Assembly (NCBI GenBank): GCA_044342095.1
Contig: JBIIQL010000001.1
Coordinates: 1 to 26,184 of the forward strand
DNA length: 26,184 bases
Source: Pirellulales bacterium
GTDB taxonomy: Bacteria > Planctomycetota > Planctomycetia > Pirellulales > UBA1268
Direction: 5' to 3'
Positions 17,119 through 26,184 of the stretch are shown in pieces. Under the pieces are notes generated by a model. That model saw nothing but the letters and a program-made list of their open reading frames with translations, made no database searches and was not told the DNA's origin. Made by a program: the position numbers and the translations under genes. How positions within the stretch are numbered: the first letter of the stretch is position 1; each line of letters opens with the position of its first letter.

Positions 17119-18117
17119 TCACCCGCCGAACCGGGCGTGGAACTCGCTCTCCAACCGGATGAGACCGGCGGGGGGAATCTCCTCGGCACGGGCATCCGGG
17201 GAGAGTCCGAGGGTGGTGAACAGTCCGTCGACCCCCTCGCGGACGCCCGATTCTCGCTTCCCTCCGGCGATCCGCACAAGCACGCCGCGGAGCAGTTTGC
17301 GGCGGTGGCAGAAGAGATCGCGGATGAAGCGGTGAAAACGTCCCGGGTCGGGGATCGTCGCGCGGCGCTCGGCATCGACGACGATCCGCACGATCGCGGA
17401 TTCGACCTTCGGCCGTGGCCAGAAGACGCTCGGCGGGAGGATGCGGACGATCTCCGCGTCGGCCTGGGCACCGATCCACACCGACAGCGCGTTGTAGCTG
17501 GAGTCGCCGGCATGGGCCGACATCCGCTCCGCCATCTCGCGTTGCACCGTGACGGTGGCCGACGCGAACGGGCGGGGCAGGGCGAGGAGATTGGAGATCA
17601 CGGGTGTGGCGACGCAGTAGGGCAGATTGGCGACCAGCCGCAGCGCCCCGCCGGGCGAGGCTGCAAGGGCCGCGTCGACGGCCGCGAGGAGCTCGGGGGC
17701 CATCGTGTGCTTCGAGGCCAGCGCGTCCCCCTCGACAAGCTCGACGTTGTCGACCTCGATGAGACGATCGCGTGCCAACTGCGCGAGCCGGGGATCGATC
17801 TCGGCCGTGACGACCCTTCCCGCCGCCGCCGCCAGGCGCTCGGTGAGCACACCGGTGCCACAGCCCACCTCGAGGACGACGTCGGCCGGGCCGATCCCCG
17901 CCTCACGGACGACGAGATCGACGAGATTGAGGTCGACGAGGAAGTTTTGCCCCTTCGACGCGTCGATGCCGAAGCCGACCTGCTCGAAGAGCCGCTTCAA
18001 GTAGGCCGTCGTCTGCCGGGAGGCGCGGGTTATCGGCGCGGCGGGGGGGGGCTCTGGCGGCTTCGACCAGGCAGGACGCCCTTGGGGCCTCCCCCGGGTG
18101 CCATCACGTCGGGTCAT
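17119..18117 (-). CDS. rsmA: 16S rRNA m6(2)A1518/1519 dimethyltransferase
   Basis: KGQNFL, LEVGCGTG, EID, GDAL, ANLPY, VQREMAERM, FWPRPKVES, HRRK. ATG 18117 overlaps the ribE stop (ATGA). Confidence 0.95.
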   Translation of the reverse strand: MTRRDGTRGRPQGRPAWSKPPEPPPAAPITRASRQTTAYLKRLFEQVGFGIDASKGQNFLVDLNLVDLVVREAGIGPADVVLEVGCGTGVLTERLAAAAGRVVTAEIDPRLAQLARDRLIEVDNVELVEGDALASKHTMAPELLAAVDAALAASPGGALRLVANLPYCVATPVISNLLALPRPFASATVTVQREMAERMSAHAGDSSYNALSVWIGAQADAEIVRILPPSVFWPRPKVESAIVRIVVDAERRATIPDPGRFHRFIRDLFCHRRKLLRGVLVRIAGGKRESGVREGVDGLFTTLGLSPDARAEEIPPAGLIRLESEFHARFGG

Positions 18118-18719
18118 GGAGCCCCTTCCAACCAACGGGCGACATACTTGGCCACGAGATCGGTCTCGAGATTGACGCTCCCACCGACAGGAAGCGATCC
18201 CAGGGTGGTGACGGCGAGGGTGTGGGGGATGAGGGCGACGCTGAATCGATCCGCCTCGACATCGACGAGGGTCAGGCTGATGCCATCGATCGCCACCGAG
18301 CCCTTGGAGGCCATCTGGCGGAGGAGCGCCGCCGGCGCCGAAAACCAGCAGGTCACCCAGTCGCCCGATTCGTCGCGGGAGAGGAGGCGGCCGAGCCCGT
18401 CGACATGCCCGGTGACGAGGTGACCGCCGAGCCGGTCAGAGAGGCGCAGCGAGCGTTCCAGATTCACCCCCGCGCCGGGGACGAGGCCCCCGAGCGTGGT
18501 CCGGGCGAGGGTCTCCGGCCCGAGTTGGAAGGTGAGACGCGGCCCATCGGCGGCCACCACCGAAAGGCAGCAGCCACTGACGCAGATGCTCGCCCCCAGA
18601 GGTGCGGTCAGCGGTGCCTCGGCAGGAACTTCCCCCGCCTCGACCGTCATCCGCACGCCGGGCGGTTCGACCCGCACGTCGCTGATCCGCCCGATGGTTT
18701 CCACAAGTCCGGTGAACAT
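18114..18719 (-). CDS. ribE: Riboflavin synthase (alpha chain; E. coli RibC)
   Basis: Diagnostic N-terminus MFTGLVE, then GCCLSV, NLERSL...GGHLVTGHVDG, KGSVAIDGISLT, IPHT, VNLETD. Confidence 0.96.
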   Translation of the reverse strand: MFTGLVETIGRISDVRVEPPGVRMTVEAGEVPAEAPLTAPLGASICVSGCCLSVVAADGPRLTFQLGPETLARTTLGGLVPGAGVNLERSLRLSDRLGGHLVTGHVDGLGRLLSRDESGDWVTCWFSAPAALLRQMASKGSVAIDGISLTLVDVEADRFSVALIPHTLAVTTLGSLPVGGSVNLETDLVAKYVARWLEGAP

Positions 18720-18726
18720 GGAGGCG

Positions 18727-20191
<1,465 letters not shown>

Positions 20192-20224
20192 TCGAGGCTC
20201 GGATTGCTCGAAGTCCAACAAGCA

Positions 20225-20272
20225 GGTCGGCCGGGCACCGGTGGGATTCACCCCGGTGCCCGGCGACCGACC
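20225..20272. terminator. Long GC hairpin downstream of eno
   Basis: CCGGGCACCGG (20231-20241) pairs with CCGGTGCCCGG (20253-20263), extended by GGTCGG/CCGACC across a 3-nt bulge. No U-tract, so terminator or mRNA-stabilising stem. Confidence 0.5.
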
Positions 20273-20283
20273 GGAGCGTGGCC

Positions 20284-20625
20284 ATGCCCTCCCCGCCGTT
20301 CCGTGCCACCGACTCCCCCTGGTTCTGGGGATGTCTGTTCTCGGTGATGGCGCTGGTCGGCATGGCACTCATCGCACCGAAGTACGACATCAGGCAGCGG
20401 CAGATCGAAGGCCGTTTTCTCGGTCGTCAACAAGCCCACATCGAACGCTCGCGCCGGACCGCGGGGCTCGAGCCGGTTGATCTGGCGGAAACGGCCGAGG
20501 ACCGCGACGTCGCGGCGCCGGAGAGGATCGTCCCGCTGTGGACGCTCGCCACGCTCGCGGTGCTCGCCGCCACGGGGAGCGCCGTGATGCTTGCCCGGGA
20601 GATCGGGCGCGCTCGCCGCAGCTGA
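20284..20625 (+). CDS. Small membrane protein with two hydrophobic helices (113 aa)
   Basis: DSPWFWGCLFSVMALVGMALIAPKY and VPLWTLATLAVLAATGSAVML flank a polar loop. Start set at ATG 20284. Confidence 0.75.
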   Translation: MPSPPFRATDSPWFWGCLFSVMALVGMALIAPKYDIRQRQIEGRFLGRQQAHIERSRRTAGLEPVDLAETAEDRDVAAPERIVPLWTLATLAVLAATGSAVMLAREIGRARRS

Positions 20626-20652
20626 CGGCTTGGACGAAGTTCGAGGATCGTC

Positions 20653-22005
20653 ATGTTGCCACGAATCGTCTTCCACCATGTCCACAAGTGTGCCGGCACG
20701 ACGCTGCTGAAGTTTCTCGAGGGGACGACCGCTCACGAGCGGGCCGCCCATGTCGAGGAACTCGTGGCCGGGCAGGGGGGCGATCCAAACGGCACGGATG
20801 CCCGCGCGGCGATCCTCCGCGCCGAGTTCCTCCACGATCCGTACGGTGTCCACGACTGGAAATCGCTCCTCGGCAACACCCTCGACGTCCTGTTCCTCCG
20901 GGATCCGGTCGCCAGGCTCCACTCCGAATGGCGGATGATCACGCGCTGGGACGATGCCCTCGTCGCCAGCCGCGACGATCGTTACCGCCGGCTCCGCGCG
21001 GTGGCCCGTGCCGGCTTCGGCCCCTTCCTCGCGCTCCCCGGCGCCGCGGTCTTCGGCAACGCCGTCGCCCACCACCTCGCCTTCGGTGAGCCGGTGCTCG
21101 GCGAACTCCATGCCGCTTGCCGTGAGGGTGCCCCCCCCGACGCCCTTCTCGAGTTCCTGGCGGCACGACTGGCGGCGATCGACGTCGTCGGCTTCGTCGA
21201 GGAGTTTGACAACTCCCTGGCCGAACTCGCCGCCAGACTCGGCTGTTTTCCACCGCGCGGCTCACTCCAGGTTCACAACAAGTTTGCCGCTGCGGCGAGC
21301 CTCAGCGCCGAAGAACGGCGTCTCGCCGAGGCGTGCACCGCCATCGACCGGCGGCTGATCGCCTCGGCGTACAGGCTGGCCGCCGACCGGCGTCGCGTCG
21401 ATCGCCAAGCGCTCGATGCCGAAGCCTGTCTCGGCTACCAAACACGCATCCTCGAGCCCCCGGCGGCGGTGCTCGTCGACATGGGTGATGGATTCCTCGG
21501 CCCTGGTTGGCATCCCTGCGAGATCAATGGCCGGAAGCGGGCCCGGTGGACCGGTCCCGGCCCGAGGGCGAGCCTCGATCTGCGGATCGACCGGAGCCGC
21601 GCCCTCTCCCTGCGGCTCCGCGTCGGCAATCATCTCCGCTCCGCGCAGGTGGATGGCCTGCGGATCGTGATCGATGGCACTCCCTCCCGGGTCGACCATT
21701 GGGTGCTTCCCCCCTTCGATCACTTCTTCGAAGCGGCGATCCCGGCGGCACCCGGCACTCCCCCTTTGCTCCATGTCGAAATCGACTGCGTCGAGACTTT
21801 TCCCCCTCCCAACTCGGCCGACGCCCGCCTGCTCGGCGTGGAGATCGAGGAGATCGAAATCGGTCCTGCGGATCGCTACGCTCCCCGGTCGCTGACCGGC
21901 CTGGGCCTGGTGAGCGATGAACTGGCGGCCCTCGCCCGCACCGCCGATGGCGACCGACGGACGCAATGCTTGCTCGATTCGCTGCCCGCCGGCGCCGGCG
22001 CCTGA
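20653..22005 (+). CDS. PAPS-dependent sulfotransferase (family 2-like) with C-terminal beta-rich domain
   Basis: 5'-PSB loop FHHVHKCAGTT, 3'-PB motif LFLRDPVARLHS, DVVGFVEEF. C-terminal GFLGPGWHPCE...RWTG...LDL segment is strand-rich. SD GAGG. Confidence 0.8.
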   Translation: MLPRIVFHHVHKCAGTTLLKFLEGTTAHERAAHVEELVAGQGGDPNGTDARAAILRAEFLHDPYGVHDWKSLLGNTLDVLFLRDPVARLHSEWRMITRWDDALVASRDDRYRRLRAVARAGFGPFLALPGAAVFGNAVAHHLAFGEPVLGELHAACREGAPPDALLEFLAARLAAIDVVGFVEEFDNSLAELAARLGCFPPRGSLQVHNKFAAAASLSAEERRLAEACTAIDRRLIASAYRLAADRRRVDRQALDAEACLGYQTRILEPPAAVLVDMGDGFLGPGWHPCEINGRKRARWTGPGPRASLDLRIDRSRALSLRLRVGNHLRSAQVDGLRIVIDGTPSRVDHWVLPPFDHFFEAAIPAAPGTPPLLHVEIDCVETFPPPNSADARLLGVEIEEIEIGPADRYAPRSLTGLGLVSDELAALARTADGDRRTQCLLDSLPAGAGA

Positions 22006-22096
22006 CCGCCGCGCCCGATTTCCTGGGCAAGACTGTCGTGGCGCGTTCCGGCAACGCTCGGAAGCGCTTCGTCGCCCACTCGCCCGCCTGCCGCCC

Positions 22097-22447
22097 ATGA
22101 CGACTCCCCGTCGATCCCGTCGCGGGCCGAAGCTCCACCACCGGGTGTACGTGGTGGAACTGGCGACCGAGGTCCGTCGCGACCGTCGCTTCATCCGGCA
22201 AAACCGCTACACGAAGCCCGACCAGATCTGCCTCTATGTCGGCTCGACGGGGCTCGATCCGGAAGTCCGCTACGTCAACCACCTCCGCGGCCACAAGGGC
22301 TGCCCGCTCGTCCGCGACCACGCCATCCGCCTGCGGCCCGATCTGTTCGCCGACTTCCCGGCGATGACCTGGGAGGACGCGGTCGCCACCGAGGAGGCCT
22401 GGGCCAAGGAGCTCCGCGAAATGGGCTACGCAGTCTACCAGCACTAG
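22097..22447 (+). CDS. Minimal stand-alone GIY-YIG superfamily protein (116 aa)
   Basis: VYVVEL...LYVGST...RYVNH and a C-terminal helix with Glu (AVATEE), the GIY / YIG / R..H / E pattern. Start set at ATG 22097. Confidence 0.7.
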   Translation: MTTPRRSRRGPKLHHRVYVVELATEVRRDRRFIRQNRYTKPDQICLYVGSTGLDPEVRYVNHLRGHKGCPLVRDHAIRLRPDLFADFPAMTWEDAVATEEAWAKELREMGYAVYQH

Positions 22448-22467
22448 CTGCCCCGCCTCACCAGTAC

Positions 22468-22667
22468 CGTGGAAAGACGCTCAACGAGCGACGTGCCTCG
22501 CTCCGAGCGAGGGGTCGCCCGTGCTCCGAGAGCCGGCCTCGCCGGTCAGCGAAGCCCGGAGGGCGAAAGCGCAAGCGGCGCGGAGAGAGCGGAGGGCAGG
22601 GATGCCCTCCGCGAGCGTCCGGCGTCGGGGCATGGGCGACCCCGAAGCCACGTTTGAGCCATCCACG
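22468..22667. repeat. ~200-nt nested inverted-repeat element (MITE/REP-like DNA or structured RNA)
   Basis: Nested pairings: CGTGGA/TCCACG (22468-73/22662-67), GCTCAA/TTGAGC (22479-84/22654-59), ACGTG/CACGT (22491-95/22649-53), a 19-bp stem 22511-29/22625-43, and a 10-bp stem with GGGA loop at 22589-22612. Confidence 0.6.
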
Positions 22668-22678
22668 TGAACCCCCGC

Positions 22679-24379
22679 TCAGCCGATGATCGAGCGGCGG
22701 CGAGAGACGTAGTCCCAAACGACGAAGCGGTCGAGATCCTTCCCCGACGTGAAGAACACCCGACCCTGCGCGGTCTGCGCGAGCTTGTAGGCAAACTGAA
22801 TGTCCTCGCGCGACTGCGACCAGCCGGAAAGAAGAAACACGTTCACGACGATCCCCTCGCGCCGGCAGGCCTCCGCCTCGCGGAGCGTCGCCTCCTCGGT
22901 GCGCTTGTGGGGGGGATAGAGAAGGTAGAGCTCGTTCCCTTCGAAATGGGCCGTGGGCAGGCCGTCGGTGATGAGGATCACCTGCTTGTTCGGCGTGTCG
23001 GCACGGGCAAGTTGGCGGCGGGCGAGTTGGAGGGCGTGCTGGATGTTCGTGAAGTGCGGCGGAACATCCTCCGCCGTGATCCCCGGATCGGACATGTCGG
23101 CCCGGAGGCGGACGACCGGCTCGAAGATCGTCACCGGCTTGGGGAGGAGCGTGACGATCTCCCCGGCGGGGCGGGGCTTGGCGAAGGAATACATCTCGAG
23201 GAAGGAGAGCGAGTCGCCGGGGAACTCGCGCTGCACGAGCCCCTGGAGGGCCAGCGCCATCCGCTTCACGCTCACGTAGAGCCCACCGTGCCGCATCGAG
23301 CCGCTCATGTCGAGGGCGACGACGGTGGCGCACTTCGGCGTGTTGCGGGTGGAATGGACCTCGATGTCCCGCGCGGAGAGTCGCAGCGGCCGCTCCTTCC
23401 CTTGGCGGAGCATCGCGTTGACGAGCGAGCCGGGGATGTCGATGTGCGCGACGGAATCGCCGAATTCGTAAGGGCGGGTCGGGACCAGTTCCACCGCCCC
23501 CTCGCCGGTGACGTTCACTTGGTGCCGGCCGGTGCGGGAGGGATCGAGCGCGGAGAAGATCTTCTCGAGGAGCTTGCCCTGGAAGAGTCGCATCGCCTTG
23601 GGGGAGAGCGAGTAGCCCTTCTTCCCCTTGTCGAGCCCCTGCTCGGCGGCCATCCGCGCCACCATCTCCTCGACCTGGGCCTTGAGGCGGGCGAGGTCGT
23701 CGAGCTCACCGTCAGCGGCGTACCGGCCGAGGGCATCGAGATCGATGAGCCCCACGCGGGCATTCTTCTGCGCGTCGGCAAGCTGGGCGAGGAGCCGATC
23801 GATCTCCTCGAGCTCCTCCTTGACACGAAGCGCTTCCTCGATGCCGAGCTTCTCACGGCCTGTGAAGGTCCACTTCGTCGCCAGTTCGTCGATCTGATAA
23901 ACGGCACCGAGGCGGTCGACGAGACCGACGAGATCGGCGCCGAACCGGCTCTGATCGTCGTCCTGGGCGTACCAGAGCCGCTCGAGGAGGCGAAGCTGCT
24001 CCTCGCGGACGGCACGGTGGAAGAGGTCCTTGTGCTTCGCCGGTGGCTTGACTTTCGCCGCCGCCTCGCGGAAGGCGGTGCGGGCACGCTTCCGGGCACC
24101 GGAGGCGTCCCAGTGCTCGAGGATCTTTCGCTTCCTCGCCTCGAGCATCCTCCGCAGCGACTCGATCGACGGGCCGAAGCCGCGGATTTGCTCCGGATCG
24201 AGGAGTACGGCGCCGGCGAGTTCCTCGGGGGTGAGATCGTCGAGCTCCCCGAACTCGAGGAGGTGCTCCATCGCGGGGCTCACCAGATCGACCTCGGCCG
24301 GCCGCGGAGACGGGATCCGGGCCGGGTCGTAACGCTGGTAAGAGTGAACGATGCCGCCGAGGTCGTCGCGGGTGGGCAT
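22679..24379 (-). CDS. vWA (MIDAS) domain protein, Rv0959/COG4867-like
   Basis: VALDMSGSM (DxSxS), FTNIQHAL, ILITDGLPTAH, preceded by a long helical region. Starts 9 nt after the ATPase stop. Confidence 0.85.
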   Translation of the reverse strand: MPTRDDLGGIVHSYQRYDPARIPSPRPAEVDLVSPAMEHLLEFGELDDLTPEELAGAVLLDPEQIRGFGPSIESLRRMLEARKRKILEHWDASGARKRARTAFREAAAKVKPPAKHKDLFHRAVREEQLRLLERLWYAQDDDQSRFGADLVGLVDRLGAVYQIDELATKWTFTGREKLGIEEALRVKEELEEIDRLLAQLADAQKNARVGLIDLDALGRYAADGELDDLARLKAQVEEMVARMAAEQGLDKGKKGYSLSPKAMRLFQGKLLEKIFSALDPSRTGRHQVNVTGEGAVELVPTRPYEFGDSVAHIDIPGSLVNAMLRQGKERPLRLSARDIEVHSTRNTPKCATVVALDMSGSMRHGGLYVSVKRMALALQGLVQREFPGDSLSFLEMYSFAKPRPAGEIVTLLPKPVTIFEPVVRLRADMSDPGITAEDVPPHFTNIQHALQLARRQLARADTPNKQVILITDGLPTAHFEGNELYLLYPPHKRTEEATLREAEACRREGIVVNVFLLSGWSQSREDIQFAYKLAQTAQGRVFFTSGKDLDRFVVWDYVSRRRSIIG

Positions 24380-24388
24380 GAAAAAACC

Positions 24389-25849
24389 TCAAGCGTAGCC
24401 GCGGGTGTCGTAGATCGTGTGACCGTGGGATTGGATCCGGGAGATCCGCTCGGTGGCGTAGAGGCCGGCGAGGATGAACTCGATGCACGAGGCGCGCACC
24501 GCCGGATCCTTGGCGGCGTTGACCTCGAAGGCTTTCTCCCACAGCTCCGGAACATCGGCCACGATCTTGGCGTAGTCGGGCGAGGGGACCGCGTCGCCAA
24601 CCTCGATCTTCATCCCCTCCGCGAACACCTTCGCGATCCCGTCGAGCGAGTGCTTCTCGACGTACTCGTTGAAGACGATGGCGATCGCATCGGCGATGAT
24701 TCCGTCGAGAACCTGCCGCTCGGAGAGCTGGTGGCTCCCCATGAGGTCGAGCTCGAGCTTGCCGAGGCTCGAGGCATAGAGGTGGCCGAGATCGCTGATC
24801 CTGGGAACCGCCGGCGTCTCGCCGAGCCGGACGGCGCGGTGGCGGGCACTGGCGACCATCGTGCGGTAGTTGGCGATCGAAAACCGGGCGCTGACGCCCG
24901 ACTGCTGGTCGATGTGCTTGGAGGCTCGAGCGCAGATCGTGATCTGTTCGATGAGCTCCTTCATGAAAGGGGGCACGAGCACCGGCCAGGCGTGGCCACC
25001 CTCCACAGCCGCTTCCTGCTCGAGCATCTGGATGCCGAGGGCCCGTTCGCGGGGATAGTGGGTGTGGATGACGGTGCCGATCCGGTCCTTGAGCTGCGGG
25101 ATCACCTTGCCGGAGCGGTTGTAGGTGGAGGGATTGGCGGAGAAGAGGAGCATGACGTCGATGTCGAACTTGACCGGATAGCCGCGGATCTGGACGTCGC
25201 GTTCCTCGAGGATGTTGAACATCCCCACCTGCACGAGTTCGTCGAGCTCCGGGAGTTCGTTCATGGCGAAGATGCCGCGGTGCATCCGGGGAATGAGGCC
25301 GAGGTGGAGGGCCTCTTCCGAGGCCATGCTCGTGCCGCCGGCGAGCTTCGACGGATCGATCTCCCCGATGATGTCGGCGAACTTCGTCCCGGGGGCGAGC
25401 CGCTCGGCATAGCGTTCGGAACGGTGCCACCAGCGGATCGGCACGTTCTCCTCGGCGCGACCGGCGACGAGCGCCTTGCCAGCCGACGTGATTGGTTTCA
25501 GGGGGTCGTCGTGGAGGGGGATGGCAGGATCGTCGAGGTAGGGGAGCCACTCGTCGAGAAACCGGCCGAGCAGCCGCATCACCCGGCTCTTCGCCTGCCC
25601 CTTCTCGCCGAGGAACAGCATGTCATGCCCGGCGATGAGGGCGATGTCGATCTCGGGGATGACGGTGTCGTCATAGCCGACGATGCCGGGAAAGAGTTCC
25701 GTGCCGTCGGCGAGCGCGCGGAGGAAGTTCTCCCGCACCTCCTCTTTCACCGTCCGGCTCCGCCACCCGGAGGCGCGGAGTTCGGCGAGGGTCCGCGGGA
25801 GCGAACGCGGATCGATCGGGGCAGGGGAGGGAGCGGGAACGTTGGGCAT
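24389..25849 (-). CDS. Magnesium chelatase ChlI-like AAA+ ATPase, Rv0958-like
   Basis: [11 protein letters not shown], Walker A variant LGEKGQAKS, Walker B variant [29 protein letters not shown]...G. Start set at ATG 25849 (SD GGAG). Confidence 0.85.
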   Translation of the reverse strand: MPNVPAPSPAPIDPRSLPRTLAELRASGWRSRTVKEEVRENFLRALADGTELFPGIVGYDDTVIPEIDIALIAGHDMLFLGEKGQAKSRVMRLLGRFLDEWLPYLDDPAIPLHDDPLKPITSAGKALVAGRAEENVPIRWWHRSERYAERLAPGTKFADIIGEIDPSKLAGGTSMASEEALHLGLIPRMHRGIFAMNELPELDELVQVGMFNILEERDVQIRGYPVKFDIDVMLLFSANPSTYNRSGKVIPQLKDRIGTVIHTHYPRERALGIQMLEQEAAVEGGHAWPVLVPPFMKELIEQITICARASKHIDQQSGVSARFSIANYRTMVASARHRAVRLGETPAVPRISDLGHLYASSLGKLELDLMGSHQLSERQVLDGIIADAIAIVFNEYVEKHSLDGIAKVFAEGMKIEVGDAVPSPDYAKIVADVPELWEKAFEVNAAKDPAVRASCIEFILAGLYATERISRIQSHGHTIYDTRGYA

Positions 25850-25875
25850 CGACGGGTCTCCGGGTGACTCCGCCG

Positions 25876-25881
25876 ATTGTA
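25876..25881 (-). promoter_or_regulatory. Candidate -10 TACAAT for the ATPase-vWA operon
   Basis: The minus strand reads gccTACAAT 26 nt upstream of ATG 25849; no clear -35. Confidence 0.45.
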
Positions 25882-25923
25882 GGCGCCTCCGGCGCCCCCG
25901 CCACGAATGGGAGTGTGTCATCG

Positions 25924-25949
25924 TCGAATCGGGGCTTGAGCCGATTCGA
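25924..25949. terminator. Hairpin downstream of the histidine kinase gene
   Basis: TCGAATCGG / CCGATTCGA 9-bp stem with 8-nt loop, 18 nt past the kinase stop; no U-tract. Confidence 0.4.
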
Positions 25950-25967
25950 TGGGACGCGGGGCGGCCT

Positions 25968-26183
25968 TCAGCTGCCGGCGGGCTGCGGCGGCGTGGCCAG
26001 CGGGAGGCGGATCGTGATCGCCGTCCCCTTGCCGGGAGCGCTTTCCACTCGGATGCGTCCCTGATGGGCCTCGACGATCTCGCGGCAGGCGGAGAGTCCC
26101 AGCCCCGTGCCCCCCTTGCCGGTCTCGTCCGGGCCACTCTTCGTGGAGAAATGGGCCTCGAACATCCGCCGCATGACGTCGGG
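25968..26183 (-). CDS. C-terminal end of a sensor histidine kinase (HATPase_c), 5'-truncated
   Basis: F-box-like [10 protein letters not shown]2 box GGTGLGLS, then [26 protein letters not shown]. The frame stays open to the window edge. Confidence 0.9.
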   Translation of the reverse strand, partial: PDVMRRMFEAHFSTKSGPDETGKGGTGLGLSACREIVEAHQGRIRVESAPGKGTAITIRLPLATPPQPAGS

Positions 26184-26184
26184 C

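Noticed and set aside
12880-18423. Very long + strand ORFs (750 aa at 12880 and 1075 aa at 15196)
   Set aside because: They are antisense shadows of the FAAL fusion, rsmA and ribE. High-GC codon bias suppresses stops on the opposite strand, and the translations show no domain motifs.
20284-20625. Possible FtsB/DivIC, since ftsB often follows eno
   Set aside because: The protein has two hydrophobic helices and no long heptad coiled coil, whereas FtsB has one helix plus a coiled coil. Only the position fits.
22039-22053. Sigma54-like TGGCGCGTTCCGGCA upstream of the GIY-YIG gene
   Set aside because: GG-to-GC spacing is 11 rather than 12 and the TT before GC is missing.
22481-22666. 61-62 aa ORFs inside the structured element
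   Set aside because: No SD or codon bias and Arg/Ala/Pro-rich composition; they look like by-products of GC-rich palindromes.
24389-25849. Chlorophyll-type magnesium chelatase implying phototrophy
   Set aside because: No bch/chl genes or H subunit in the window; the partner and Walker variants fit the uncharacterised AAA+/vWA group.
22667-25867. 1066-aa + strand ORF
   Set aside because: Exact antisense shadow of the vWA and ATPase genes, which carry the recognisable motifs.

Overview
High-GC (roughly 70% by eye, not computed), gene-dense chromosomal window, most likely from a planctomycete (Planctomycetia). The basis is a PQQ-like beta-propeller protein, a BBP7-type outer-membrane barrel, a DUF11 protein and a UvrB/C-motif protein of the kinds common in that phylum. 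About 22 protein genes are supported, two of them truncated by the window edges. Housekeeping genes: M24 peptidase, PPK2, arfB, rsmA, ribE, eno. No tRNA, rRNA, CRISPR array or transposase was recognised. Most notable: (1) a 1173-aa FAAL-ACP-alpha-oxoamine synthase fusion next to a hotdog thioesterase, a candidate one-gene aminoketone/sphingoid-base synthase; (2) a minimal GIY-YIG nuclease gene followed directly by a ~200-nt nested-hairpin element; (3) an outer-membrane barrel carrying a (GGGNNQ)n insertion; (4) a near-consensus sigma54 promoter ahead of an orphan 103-aa gene; (5) two apparently leaderless genes with identical extended -10/ATG geometry; (6) a disordered protein with a short motif recurring every ~225-230 aa; (7) a ChlI-like AAA+/vWA pair. 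All family calls come from motif recognition by eye, with no database search.
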